Shown: in pieces, positions 23,973-32,848 of the stretch
Layout of the letters: each line of letters opens with the position of its first letter
Position numbering within the stretch: position 1 is the stretch's first letter
Origin: Waterburya sp.
Lineage (GTDB): Bacteria > Cyanobacteriota > Cyanobacteriia > Cyanobacteriales > Xenococcaceae
Assembly (NCBI GenBank): GCA_965217895.1
Contig: CBDCJV010000002.1
Location: 3,904,001 to 3,968,000 of the forward strand
DNA: 64,000 nt
Direction of reading: 5' to 3'
The notes under the pieces: generated by a model
Databases searched by the model: none
The model's input: only the letters and a program-made list of their open reading frames with translations
Told to the model about the DNA's origin: nothing
Program-made: the position numbers and the translations under genes

Positions 23973-26092
23973 TGGGCATTTATTCAAAATTTGTCAAAAC
24001 ACCTGGGGGGCAAACTAGATTTGTCGTCACGACTGAACCCCCTAGTATTTACGAAAGCTTTAGAAGCCCCGTTCCTCAACCGCCTAAGTTTCCTAAAATT
24101 CCCAATTTGATTAAAGGAGCGGGAAGATTTCTGACAGTCCCCGCTCTAGTTCTTACCGATTTTTTCTTTAATAACGAACCCTTGAGTGACGGGACTGTTC
24201 CTGACTGGATCAAAGACCCTGGGGAAAAGCAGGAAATTGGTGAAGGCGTACCTAATTCTGTCGGTATTCCAGGCAAGCAGTACAAAATCAAATTTCGCTA
24301 TGATCCTGGTGGGGAATACGGCATAAGAGAAGGAATCCATGGCTTGCCCTCAGACTTATACGCTCCGTTCAGCAGCATTGTATTTAGCTTTACTGATAAC
24401 AACCAAGGAACATATAGGGAAGGTTTTCCAAAACTTTACGGACAAGGCACTCAATACAGTGCTGGAGGTCATTTCTTGGTAAATATAGTTGGTATGAACC
24501 GTAGTGGGCAAGGACAGATTAGTCGCCAAGTTAGTCTCCCAGCGGATACGGTAAGAAATCTTAGAGGATTTATTGAGTTTTTAGCTTTAATACCAGTTGA
24601 TGACTCACCCCCTCTACCTTCAACAAAGGACACTACTGAGAACACCTGGGATGCAGGTCGAGCATTAATTGATACTCTATCGGCTGAAGAATGGCAGTTT
24701 TCAGGCTTTAGTAAGCTACCTGGCTTTGGTAACAACAAATATCCCCAGATTGACTTTATCCCCCTGCCAACTATGTCCAATAAACTTGGGATAGTACCTA
24801 CTCCTACACCTGTTCCTATACCCGAACCCGAACCAAAGCCAGAAATAAAGCCAGAAATTAATGGCGGCACTAAAGAGATAATCGAACAAAAACAAGGACA
24901 AAAGAATGAATACCCCGATCTCATTCCTGGCAAAAAATACATCAAGAGAATTACGACCAAAGATTCAGATGGAAAAATTATTAAGATTACTGTAAATCCT
25001 TCTGAAATATTAAACCCAACACCTGCACCAGTTCCCGACCCCAAGCCAGTAAAAATTACCAAGACTCCCGACCCCGAGCCTAAAAACAATATTATTATTT
25101 TTACTCCTACTCCTGTTCCACCCCCTTCGATTAAGCAAGAAAAAATTACAGATAACGACCCCAAGCCTCTACCCCCGCCGATTATTCCTCCCGTTAAACC
25201 TCCTAATCAAACTAAGGTAGATGACTGTGCGGGAAAATGTGGAGGACTAACGCCAGGTCAAGCCAACAAGCTTAATAGCTTAAATAATTTAGTTTTACCC
25301 GCCGAACTTGTCGATCTAGCACTGCTTAAGGTCATCAATACAAAGCTGGGCGGCCAAATCGCTAATGGCGGGATTAGCAGCGGTTTGAGAAACATGACTA
25401 AATCTTTAGCCGTCGACCGCTGGCTAAATCTTTTAAATACAGCTCTGTTATTTCATAACGCCTTTATGCTCGGATCGAGTGTGGTCGATGTTGTAGTGCA
25501 AATCTTTGATAATGTCCTTAATACAATTGGCTTTAGATTCAAAGATGTTGACGGCGAGGAAATTAGCTTTGGTTCGGTTGTTTCTAACTCAGTTAAAACA
25601 GTGGTTACTAACATTATTGGCAAGCAGACCTATTCGGCTTTGACTAGTGCCTTTATCAAGGGCAATCGTATTTTAAACAGTGCTAGTAATCTACTCTCTA
25701 ATATGCGCTCTATTATTGATTCGACTCAAGATATAGCCGAAACAACGGGCGAAAACGTTTCAGCTATCGGTAACGCCCTCAAAAAAGCAGGAGCGGTGAG
25801 AGAAAACGCCTATAGCTTTATGCCCGAACAATTTGATAACCCCAGCCGTATTTTAAACCGACTAGAAAAGATACAGGATGCTGCAAGCACGTTAGAAGAC
25901 ATTACCAGTGAAGCTCAAGATATCTCAGAAGATATTAAAGAACTTCAGGACAACAAAAAAGAATTTGACGATGCCTTAAAAGACGCAAAAGATTATAGAA
26001 ACAAAGGCGAGGAGGAATTGAAAAAACAGGCAACTAGCGCGCCAGATCCGACCGAAAAAGATGAAGAGAGGGGAATAGATGACAAAAAATAG
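23972..26092 (+). CDS. Large Pro-rich protein with hydrophobic segment and C-terminal coiled coil, putative minor virion/DNA-entry protein
   Basis: PTPTPVPIPEPEPKPE-type tracts, hydrophobic helices, helical C-terminus; 706 aa. Confidence 0.7.
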   Translation: MGIYSKFVKTPGGQTRFVVTTEPPSIYESFRSPVPQPPKFPKIPNLIKGAGRFLTVPALVLTDFFFNNEPLSDGTVPDWIKDPGEKQEIGEGVPNSVGIPGKQYKIKFRYDPGGEYGIREGIHGLPSDLYAPFSSIVFSFTDNNQGTYREGFPKLYGQGTQYSAGGHFLVNIVGMNRSGQGQISRQVSLPADTVRNLRGFIEFLALIPVDDSPPLPSTKDTTENTWDAGRALIDTLSAEEWQFSGFSKLPGFGNNKYPQIDFIPLPTMSNKLGIVPTPTPVPIPEPEPKPEIKPEINGGTKEIIEQKQGQKNEYPDLIPGKKYIKRITTKDSDGKIIKITVNPSEILNPTPAPVPDPKPVKITKTPDPEPKNNIIIFTPTPVPPPSIKQEKITDNDPKPLPPPIIPPVKPPNQTKVDDCAGKCGGLTPGQANKLNSLNNLVLPAELVDLALLKVINTKLGGQIANGGISSGLRNMTKSLAVDRWLNLLNTALLFHNAFMLGSSVVDVVVQIFDNVLNTIGFRFKDVDGEEISFGSVVSNSVKTVVTNIIGKQTYSALTSAFIKGNRILNSASNLLSNMRSIIDSTQDIAETTGENVSAIGNALKKAGAVRENAYSFMPEQFDNPSRILNRLEKIQDAASTLEDITSEAQDISEDIKELQDNKKEFDDALKDAKDYRNKGEEELKKQATSAPDPTEKDEERGIDDKK

Positions 26093-26744
26093 ACCTAAGT
26101 TACAAGTTGACCCCTACAGTTGGGAATTTACCCAGAAAATAATTCGTATTGGGCATAATCGACGTGTTAAGGCTTATTTTAAAGATACTCAACCCGACAC
26201 GGGTAAAGCCACGGGTAGACAAGTAATAAAAACCTCATTACTGATTCGTGACGAAGACTCAGCACAAGAGTCAATTAGCAAAATGATTTATTTTTCTAGC
26301 TACCTAGAAAATGAATATGTAACCGCTTATCCCGATAGCTGGCAGATCAAAAAAGGTATAGATATACCACAATTAGCTATTATTTACCGCGATAAAGATA
26401 AACGTAATAGATCAGGAAACTACACAATTTATATTCCTCACTTTAACGGCACGAAAAATATCAAAATTCCCAGCTATAAGAAGGGAGACGTTATGGCTAG
26501 ATGGATCTTAAAAGATAATACCCGTCTAGTAATTTACGCTCGAACAGAAGTTGAAGCAAAAAGGGTGATTAAGGTTCTAGAAAGATATGTAGAAAGTAAA
26601 TTTAGAACTCAAGAAACACCCTGGTTGACCTTCACTCATTTATCTAAAGGAACTATCAAGAAAATAGAAGTACGTCCGATTTATGCCAATTATTATCCCG
26701 AAGGCAAAGAAAATTCTTTGGCTAAATGGCGTGCATATCTCTAA
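26079..26744 (+). CDS. Hypothetical basic protein
   Basis: 221-aa ORF overlapping the upstream stop. Confidence 0.7.
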   Translation: MTKNRPKLQVDPYSWEFTQKIIRIGHNRRVKAYFKDTQPDTGKATGRQVIKTSLLIRDEDSAQESISKMIYFSSYLENEYVTAYPDSWQIKKGIDIPQLAIIYRDKDKRNRSGNYTIYIPHFNGTKNIKIPSYKKGDVMARWILKDNTRLVIYARTEVEAKRVIKVLERYVESKFRTQETPWLTFTHLSKGTIKKIEVRPIYANYYPEGKENSLAKWRAYL

Positions 26745-26882
26745 GCCAGATAATCTCTAATATATCTAGATATACTCGCGCACATTAATGTACGCGGATA
26801 GACACCCCTTGATGTTGCTTAAGTTTAAAGCCATAAATGTATTAGGCAAAAAACACATTAATTACATTTTGGAGTAAAGAAT

Positions 26883-27113
26883 ATGGCTGCACCTATCGAT
26901 TTATCTACCTCACCCTCATTAGAACAACAGGCTTATGAGATTGGCCTTGCACTAGTTAAAGCAGAAGCTGCCATTGTAGATAATCCCCCAAATAACGCTC
27001 AGGTTTCTTTTGATACTGAAGCTAATACAGTTGCGATCGCCATTAGTTTAAATACAACTTTGTCAGTTACTAACGGTAACGCCGTAATTGCTGCCAAACC
27101 TTATTTAATCTAG
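26883..27113 (+). CDS. Small hypothetical protein, candidate major coat/capsid protein
   Basis: GGAG RBS and its own intergenic upstream region; 76 aa; function inferred. Confidence 0.6.
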   Translation: MAAPIDLSTSPSLEQQAYEIGLALVKAEAAIVDNPPNNAQVSFDTEANTVAIAISLNTTLSVTNGNAVIAAKPYLI

Positions 27114-27165
27114 TTAATTATTTAGCTATTAATTAAGAATTTCAATACAAATGAGAGCATAAATT

Positions 27166-27633
27166 ATGGCAAAGATCGGCCCAATAAAAGGAGTACGAGT
27201 TCCCGTCCTTCTTCCCTGGAAGGGAGCGGCATCTGAAGACAAGCAGTTTGCATCAATAAAAAAGCCTATAGTTGAATATTTAAAGCTAGAAATAGCAAAG
27301 GAAAAAGATATAACTTATAAAGGTGAGATTCGCTATAAAAAACGTGATTCTAATGGCAAACCAACGGGTAATTTATTAACTAAAAAAGTTAACAAAACAC
27401 GCCGTCCTGGATTTAAACAACGCTCAATCAAAGTTATTTTTGGTGATAGAAACACAGGCGGACGCAAAACAGTTGCAATTGGTAAGGCAAGGCGTAGTAG
27501 TTTTGATTTCCCCGTCACAAAATCCATTCTAATACATGACATTAGGAAGGAGTTTATGACAGGCAAATGGAAAAATTTGCCAGTAGTACGAATAATTGAC
27601 ACTTCTACAGGACAAGGTTATTCAATCTATTAA
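27166..27633 (+). CDS. Highly basic hypothetical protein, putative nucleic-acid binding
   Basis: K/R-rich 155-aa ORF. Confidence 0.65.
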   Translation: MAKIGPIKGVRVPVLLPWKGAASEDKQFASIKKPIVEYLKLEIAKEKDITYKGEIRYKKRDSNGKPTGNLLTKKVNKTRRPGFKQRSIKVIFGDRNTGGRKTVAIGKARRSSFDFPVTKSILIHDIRKEFMTGKWKNLPVVRIIDTSTGQGYSIY

Positions 27634-27643
27634 AGTTTGCTAA

Positions 27644-28099
27644 ATGACTTTACAAATAACGCCAGAAGCTAGCAACGTCTGGCGTTTAAAAACAACTCTT
27701 TACAAAAAGGCTGTAAGCACTGGAAATCAAAAGGCTTTTATTGGTTCATTTGATACAGGACAAACCTATATTTCGCAGTTTATTGCAGTAGGAATTACGG
27801 TAAATAATTCTAAGGACAATTGGCGGTATGGAGGCTATTTGTCCCAAGAATTAAAGTTTACCTGTAATGGCTATAACCATAACAATAAAGCGTTTAATAA
27901 AAGCAGCGATCTATTAGTTAATGATGTATCAATTATAAACTTACCTTTACTATCAGATAACACCTATAGATTAAGGTATTTTCCGCCTACATACTTTCCT
28001 GACGTAAGGATTCAAATCTGGGAATATCAGGGCAAGAAAATTAATTTGTTAGACGAGCAGTTAAAGATTATTGAGCAGAAAATAGAGCAATTATATTAA
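27644..28099 (+). CDS. Beta-rich hypothetical protein, putative virion component
   Basis: Similar to the N-terminal half of the next ORF (W..GG.L.Q ... IWEYQG). Confidence 0.7.
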   Translation: MTLQITPEASNVWRLKTTLYKKAVSTGNQKAFIGSFDTGQTYISQFIAVGITVNNSKDNWRYGGYLSQELKFTCNGYNHNNKAFNKSSDLLVNDVSIINLPLLSDNTYRLRYFPPTYFPDVRIQIWEYQGKKINLLDEQLKIIEQKIEQLY

Positions 28100-28749
28100 T
28101 GGCTTTACAGGTAACTAATGATGACTGGATTCTAAAGATTGATACACAAATTAAATTTAATTTAAACGGTCAATCATTGGGCAGCTTTACAGGCAAGTTT
28201 GTAATTGTTTCTGTTATTTCTGCTGTTGCTGGCGATGTCTGGAATAAAGGTGGAGTTTTACGGCAGGGCATAAACACATTAGCAGGTTTAGCTTTGGGTG
28301 AACCTAAAGAACTGCTTTTAAGAGATTTAAATTTACTTACCTTTGAGCCTTTATCGGGTCTTAGCTACGAGCTATTTTACTTTTCACTTAATCGACTAGA
28401 AACTACAAACATTAAAATTTGGGAGTATCAAGGAATGCCTTTATATACACAAGATGCGTCAACACCAGTAGCAACTACAGCTACAGTAAGTACTGCTACG
28501 GCTGATAATGCCAGCGCGCCTAAATCAATTTTGGCAGCTAATACCAACCGCAAAAGCTTTTCGATTAGAAACAAAGGTACAAAGTCATGCTATCTAGGTT
28601 TTGCTAATAACTTTAACGCGGGTAATGCTTATTTGACCTTAGCTGCTGGAGCAAGTTACGTAGCTGATAACAGCTATGCAGGCGAAATTTGGGCGTTGGC
28701 GATCGCTAACAATAACTTTACTGATTTAGTAGTAACGGAATTTGTTTAA
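28099..28749 (+). CDS. Two-domain beta-rich hypothetical protein, putative spike/vertex protein
   Basis: N-domain similar to the previous ORF; T/A-rich linker; C-domain ILAANTNRKSFSIRNKG..YLGF. Confidence 0.7.
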   Translation: MALQVTNDDWILKIDTQIKFNLNGQSLGSFTGKFVIVSVISAVAGDVWNKGGVLRQGINTLAGLALGEPKELLLRDLNLLTFEPLSGLSYELFYFSLNRLETTNIKIWEYQGMPLYTQDASTPVATTATVSTATADNASAPKSILAANTNRKSFSIRNKGTKSCYLGFANNFNAGNAYLTLAAGASYVADNSYAGEIWALAIANNNFTDLVVTEFV

Positions 28750-29377
28750 TGCCATGAGCCAGTCAATTGAGCAGCAAAGGGCTAAAGCAATACGAGCAAT
28801 AGTGCAAATTCAGGGAGCAACTGACTATTTACCAGTTGATTATTTGATTGACCAACAAGCCAGACTAGTATTAAATTTACCGCCTCGACCTGAAGGAGCA
28901 AGACCATATACAACTTGGATGATAGGTTTAGGGGAATCTCAAGTTAAAAAAAAACTATCGCAGACAGGAATTAATTTAATTAAACGTTGGGAAGGCTTAA
29001 GAACCAATGCTTATCTTTGTCCTGCTGGTGTCTGGACTATTGGTTATGGTCATACAAAAAACGTAAGGCAAGGAATGATGATTAGCCATCAAAAAGCTGA
29101 AGAGTTACTGCTTGAAGATCTTTTAATCTATGAAGAGGCTATCGAACGTTTAGTACAAGTACCTCTAAATCAAAATGAATTTGACGCTTTGGTGAGCTTT
29201 ACTTTCAACGTTGGTATAGGTGCATTTAGCAAATCTAGTTTACTGCAGATTTTAAATACAGGTGATTATCAAGACGCTGCTAGACAGTTTTCTCGTTGGG
29301 TAAGAGGCGGTGGGCAAAAGTTACCTGGTTTAGTTAGTCGCCGAAAAGATGAATACAATTTATTTACCAAAGAATGA
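28742..29377 (+). CDS. Phage lysozyme (GH24 muramidase) with N-terminal extension
   Basis: IKRWEGLRTNAYLCPAGVWTIGYGHT, NQNEFDALVSFTFNVG, LPGLVSRRKDE. Confidence 0.95.
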   Translation: MFNAMSQSIEQQRAKAIRAIVQIQGATDYLPVDYLIDQQARLVLNLPPRPEGARPYTTWMIGLGESQVKKKLSQTGINLIKRWEGLRTNAYLCPAGVWTIGYGHTKNVRQGMMISHQKAEELLLEDLLIYEEAIERLVQVPLNQNEFDALVSFTFNVGIGAFSKSSLLQILNTGDYQDAARQFSRWVRGGGQKLPGLVSRRKDEYNLFTKE

Positions 29378-29775
29378 TTACTAAAGGTTTTTCTCGACTG
29401 CCTCCACTTTCGCTAAATTTGCTTTCTGGGGGTGCTTTTATTTTTATTGTCTGTTTGGGTATACGGGTTGCACGCGCTCCTGAAGTTGGCTTAAAAGTAG
29501 CTAATACGCAGCTTGTTATTGGTAGCAGTGCAACCAAGCTGTCTGAAGTAGCAGCCAAATTAGAATCTCAAGCTGAAATTATTAGACAAAAAGATGAGGC
29601 TTATGCTCAACTACATCAGGTGTATGAGGAAAGCCTCAAGGGCGTTGATGGTTATGGCAAGTTACAAAACGCCATTGAAGGAATAAACAAATTACCAGAA
29701 ACTCAGAATATAGGTGATATTCAATCAGAAATTTCGGCAACTGGCAAAATTATCGACCGAATAACACCTAATTAA
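29374..29775 (+). CDS. Membrane-anchored coiled-coil protein, putative lysis accessory (holin/spanin-like)
   Basis: N-terminal hydrophobic helix then coiled coil; ATGA overlap with the lysozyme gene. Confidence 0.6.
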   Translation: MITKGFSRLPPLSLNLLSGGAFIFIVCLGIRVARAPEVGLKVANTQLVIGSSATKLSEVAAKLESQAEIIRQKDEAYAQLHQVYEESLKGVDGYGKLQNAIEGINKLPETQNIGDIQSEISATGKIIDRITPN

Positions 29776-29781
29776 TTTCTG

Positions 29782-29795
29782 TGGGGTTTTACTTT
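29782..29795 (-). other. Right attachment junction: target-left AAAGTA + core AA + donor-right ACCCCA (minus strand)
   Basis: Minus strand reads AAAGTAAAACCCCA; halves match guides at 19717-19724 (8/8) and 19618-19625 (6/8). Confidence 0.75.
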
Positions 29796-29858
29796 AGCTT
29801 ATTTTTTTCATTTCTCAGTTAGGAATTTTAGAGATAATGTCTTTAATTTAAATTGATA

Positions 29859-30140
29859 TCAAAGTAAATCAGCGATCGCCTGTTCTAACTCTGACTGCTC
29901 TAGGGTACTAAGGACAAATACTTCTTGCACTGTTTTTCCTTGACGGGCAATAATTTTATAGCCACCGCGAATAGGAACAGATATCTTCAGCTTCATTTTG
30001 GGTATATGGCTTCTGGTCTTTTTGATTCTGCCTGGAGTAATGGTGGTGATTCCCTCACACTTAACTAACTTTTCTAAGATAGGAATTAAACCAGCCAGAT
30101 GAGTTGAGTGATTCCAGACTAACCGACCATCAGAAGACAT
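29859..30140 (-). CDS. DUF2103 family protein
   Basis: GRLVWNHSTH, ITPG and ARQGKTVQEVF motifs. Confidence 0.85.
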   Translation of the reverse strand: MSSDGRLVWNHSTHLAGLIPILEKLVKCEGITTITPGRIKKTRSHIPKMKLKISVPIRGGYKIIARQGKTVQEVFVLSTLEQSELEQAIADLL

Positions 30141-30172
30141 AATCTTTACTTGCTATTATTTACTAATTAATT

Positions 30173-30466
30173 TTAAGCCTTCTCCAATGGTGCCATAGTT
30201 AAACCAGCACGCTTTAACTGTTGGTGATATAGTTCTGCCTGTTCTTGGGGACCAACCCAAACCAGAGCCTGTCCTTCAAAATGAATCTGCTCGGTTAAGT
30301 CTTGGGCGCGATCGCCACTCATGCCAGGAATGTATTTCATAAGGCATTCTATGACGTGGGGAAAAGTATTAAAATCGTCGTTTAGCACAATGATTTTGTA
30401 GTTGGGATAATGTTGTGTGATGGTTTGACCAGCTTTCTCTTTGGTTACAGTGGGAGTGAAAGTCAT
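30173..30466 (-). CDS. clpS: ATP-dependent Clp protease adaptor ClpS
   Basis: YKIIVLNDDFNTFPHV...IHFEGQA. Confidence 0.95.
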   Translation of the reverse strand: MTFTPTVTKEKAGQTITQHYPNYKIIVLNDDFNTFPHVIECLMKYIPGMSGDRAQDLTEQIHFEGQALVWVGPQEQAELYHQQLKRAGLTMAPLEKA

Positions 30467-30673
30467 TCCAATAAATCCTAAAGTTATGTCAATTAAACAA
30501 TGTTTATCTAAACACTAGGTTAACAGCCTGACGATTAAAACCAAGTGTCAATCTACGACCTGCCTAAAATTCTAGTTTACCTATTTTTAACAATTTCTTC
30601 AAAATTGATTTTACTAATGGCGATTAGCCTTGAATTTGCTATTGTTTAACATTGTTTAACTTTTACGATCAGA

Positions 30674-31471
30674 TTGATGAAAATTGCAATTGGCTGGCTT
30701 TATCCGACACTGATGAGTACTTATGGCGATCGCGGTAACGTAATTTGTCTGCAAAGGCGTTGTCAGTGGCGAGGAATCGAGGTAGAGATTGTTCCTCTCA
30801 CAAGAGAAACAGAGGCGCAGAAATTTAGCCAGGTAGACTTGATTGTGGGCGGAGGCGCGCAGGATCGTCAACAAGAAATTGTCATGCGCGACTTGCGGGG
30901 AGAAAAAGCCCAGATTATTAAAGAAAAGCTTGATCGGGGTACGCCAGGAGTGTTTACCTGTGGCTCACCGCAACTTTTAGGACACTATTACGAGCCAGCA
31001 TTGGGTAAAAGAATTGAGGGTTTAGGTTTACTGGATATGGTAAGTCAACACCCAGGTATTGATGCCCAACGCTGTATTGGTAACTTAGTCTTTGAAATTA
31101 CCGCCGATCCTATCGCTTCTCAATTAGAGCAGATGCTGGGAGAAAAAGCGATCGCAATTGGCTTTGAAAATCATGGCGGTAGAACCTATCTTAGCGATGT
31201 GCAGCCTTTGGGTAAAGTAATTAAAGGTTATGGCAATAACGGAGAAGATAAAACCGCAGGGGCATTTTATCAAAATGCGATCGCAACTTATGCTCATGGA
31301 CCTTTATTACCCAAAAATCCTTTTATTGCTGATTGGCTAATCAAAAAAGCCTTGCAAAAAAAATATGAGCAAGAATTTACCCTAACTCCCTTAGACGATT
31401 CCTTAGCTATTGCAGCCCGTAAAGCCATGTTGCAACGTCTAGAATTGCTAAACCTGATGGCAACAGTTTAG
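30674..31471 (+). CDS. gatD: CobQ/GatD-like type 1 glutamine amidotransferase
   Basis: LYPTLMSTYGDRGN, GGGAQD, CGSPQLLG, GFENHGG, TYAHGPLLPKNP. Confidence 0.85.
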   Translation: MMKIAIGWLYPTLMSTYGDRGNVICLQRRCQWRGIEVEIVPLTRETEAQKFSQVDLIVGGGAQDRQQEIVMRDLRGEKAQIIKEKLDRGTPGVFTCGSPQLLGHYYEPALGKRIEGLGLLDMVSQHPGIDAQRCIGNLVFEITADPIASQLEQMLGEKAIAIGFENHGGRTYLSDVQPLGKVIKGYGNNGEDKTAGAFYQNAIATYAHGPLLPKNPFIADWLIKKALQKKYEQEFTLTPLDDSLAIAARKAMLQRLELLNLMATV

Positions 31472-31652
31472 AAATATGTTGTTAAACTTTGCATTAGTTG
31501 CGTGCGATGCAACACAATTTGCCTTAATATTGCAATCAGACAATTTATGCAAGATTACCTTGCAATTTAAAAAGAAGACTGTCGTTGAAAGATTTTTTTC
31601 AAGAGTTGTTGTCTTGTCAAGCAAGATTAAAAAACTCAAGTAAACACTTAAC

Positions 31653-32537
31653 TTGAATACGATAGAGCTTTCACTCACCAGAAGCTATTTTTTAGCTCCA
31701 CCTCGTACATCTTATGCAATTGCAACCAAAACTATGACTGGAAAAGTACTAGATAATGGTTCTGCTGGAATTTTGGTTCTCATTCTGCCTTTTGCCTTTG
31801 GTTTTGTGGTTTTATATCAGCTATGGCCCTTTCTGCTAGCATTAGCCGTATTAATCGTAGCTTATAGAATTTGGCAAAATATTCAGTGGCAAAAATGGTG
31901 TGGAGATATAAATCCCTACTTTAATCAATTAATTAAAGAAAATCGGGGCTACCTAACTCCAGTAGATCTATCCGTTAAAGCAAACCTTACTGCCAGAGAT
32001 GCCAAGATTTTTCTGAGCCGTAAAAGTGAAGAATATGGCACTCAGCCTAAAAATGTCAAAGATAAAGGCGTTGTTTATTATTTCCCTACTGCTAGTGCTT
32101 TAGGCAGTATTTTTGACGATAGCGAACCAGATCAGGCGATAAACTCTTATCAATTGGCAGCTAAAGAATCTAACAAATTATCTGTAAGAGGTATTGCTCA
32201 ATTAGCAAAACAGGAGCAAAATTCAGGAACTAAAAACAGAGATGATTCTCAAGAATCATCTGCCGTTGCTCAACTGGCTGAACCAGAGACTTCAACTGCA
32301 ATAGATACTGAATCTGAAGTCGAAGATTTAACAGATAATCAACTGACTTCTATTGATGCTGGACAATCATTAATTCAAGCCGAATTGGCAAAACGGCTCG
32401 ATCTTAATTCCAGTACCGTTGGCAGACGAAAATCTGAGCCTGATTTTGAAGAGTGGAGTCAAAGCAAAGATCCAGAAGGAGTAGCCTGGAAATATGAACC
32501 AGAAACCAAGCTCTATGTAGCAGTCGTTTCAAACTAA
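31653..32537 (+). CDS. Membrane-anchored hypothetical protein (start probably MTGKV at ~31734)
   Basis: Two hydrophobic helices; C-terminal QAELAKRL..SQSKDPEGVAW HTH-like motif. Confidence 0.75.
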   Translation: MNTIELSLTRSYFLAPPRTSYAIATKTMTGKVLDNGSAGILVLILPFAFGFVVLYQLWPFLLALAVLIVAYRIWQNIQWQKWCGDINPYFNQLIKENRGYLTPVDLSVKANLTARDAKIFLSRKSEEYGTQPKNVKDKGVVYYFPTASALGSIFDDSEPDQAINSYQLAAKESNKLSVRGIAQLAKQEQNSGTKNRDDSQESSAVAQLAEPETSTAIDTESEVEDLTDNQLTSIDAGQSLIQAELAKRLDLNSSTVGRRKSEPDFEEWSQSKDPEGVAWKYEPETKLYVAVVSN

Positions 32538-32848
32538 CTGCTATTGTTTGGGCGTTGGATTATTCTAAGTTTTATTTCGTTCAGATATTGCTGAATTGAT
32601 TTGAACAAAAATATCAAGCAATAGGCTTCGGCAGAAATTAAAACTTTAAACTCTTGAATAGTTAGAGATTATCTCGATTGGCGAAACTCCGTTGTTCTAG
32701 GGTGGAGTCTGCTTGATCAACGGTTAAAGCAAACTCGCCCTCAAGGGAGAGATGCTTGAGGAACAAGGATTAGTTTGACCTTGTTTTCAACCAGGAGACT
32801 TTCCACGAATTTTGGACGCATTATCAGGTTTGATTAAAAGAATAATTT

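Larger units (their letters stand above)
18311..29789. mobile_element. Integrated ~11.5 kb prophage-like element bounded by IS110 bridge-type junctions (core TT on + strand at 18311-18312 and 29788-29789)
   Basis: Cluster of recombinase, XRE, rep-like, tyrosine recombinase, coupled operon and lysozyme genes between host genes; junction sequences match guides in the element's own structured RNA region. Confidence 0.85.

Noticed and set aside
18277..29784. GTGG 4-bp repeat with weak subterminal inverted repeats as alternative element ends
   Set aside because: The inverted repeats need several gaps and nothing in the predicted RNA loops matches these junctions.
19639..29806. 11-bp direct repeat AGCTTATTTTT (19639-19649 and 29796-29806) as tyrosine-integrase att sites
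   Set aside because: AT-rich and short. It falls inside the stem and guide of the donor loop and would split the RNA structure. The four-guide model explains both ends better, though this alternative is not formally excluded.
29859..29869. 11-nt match TCAAAGTAAAT to the left target guide at the DUF2103 stop codon
   Set aside because: It is in the opposite orientation, inside a host gene, and the adjacent bases match neither right guide. Probably chance.
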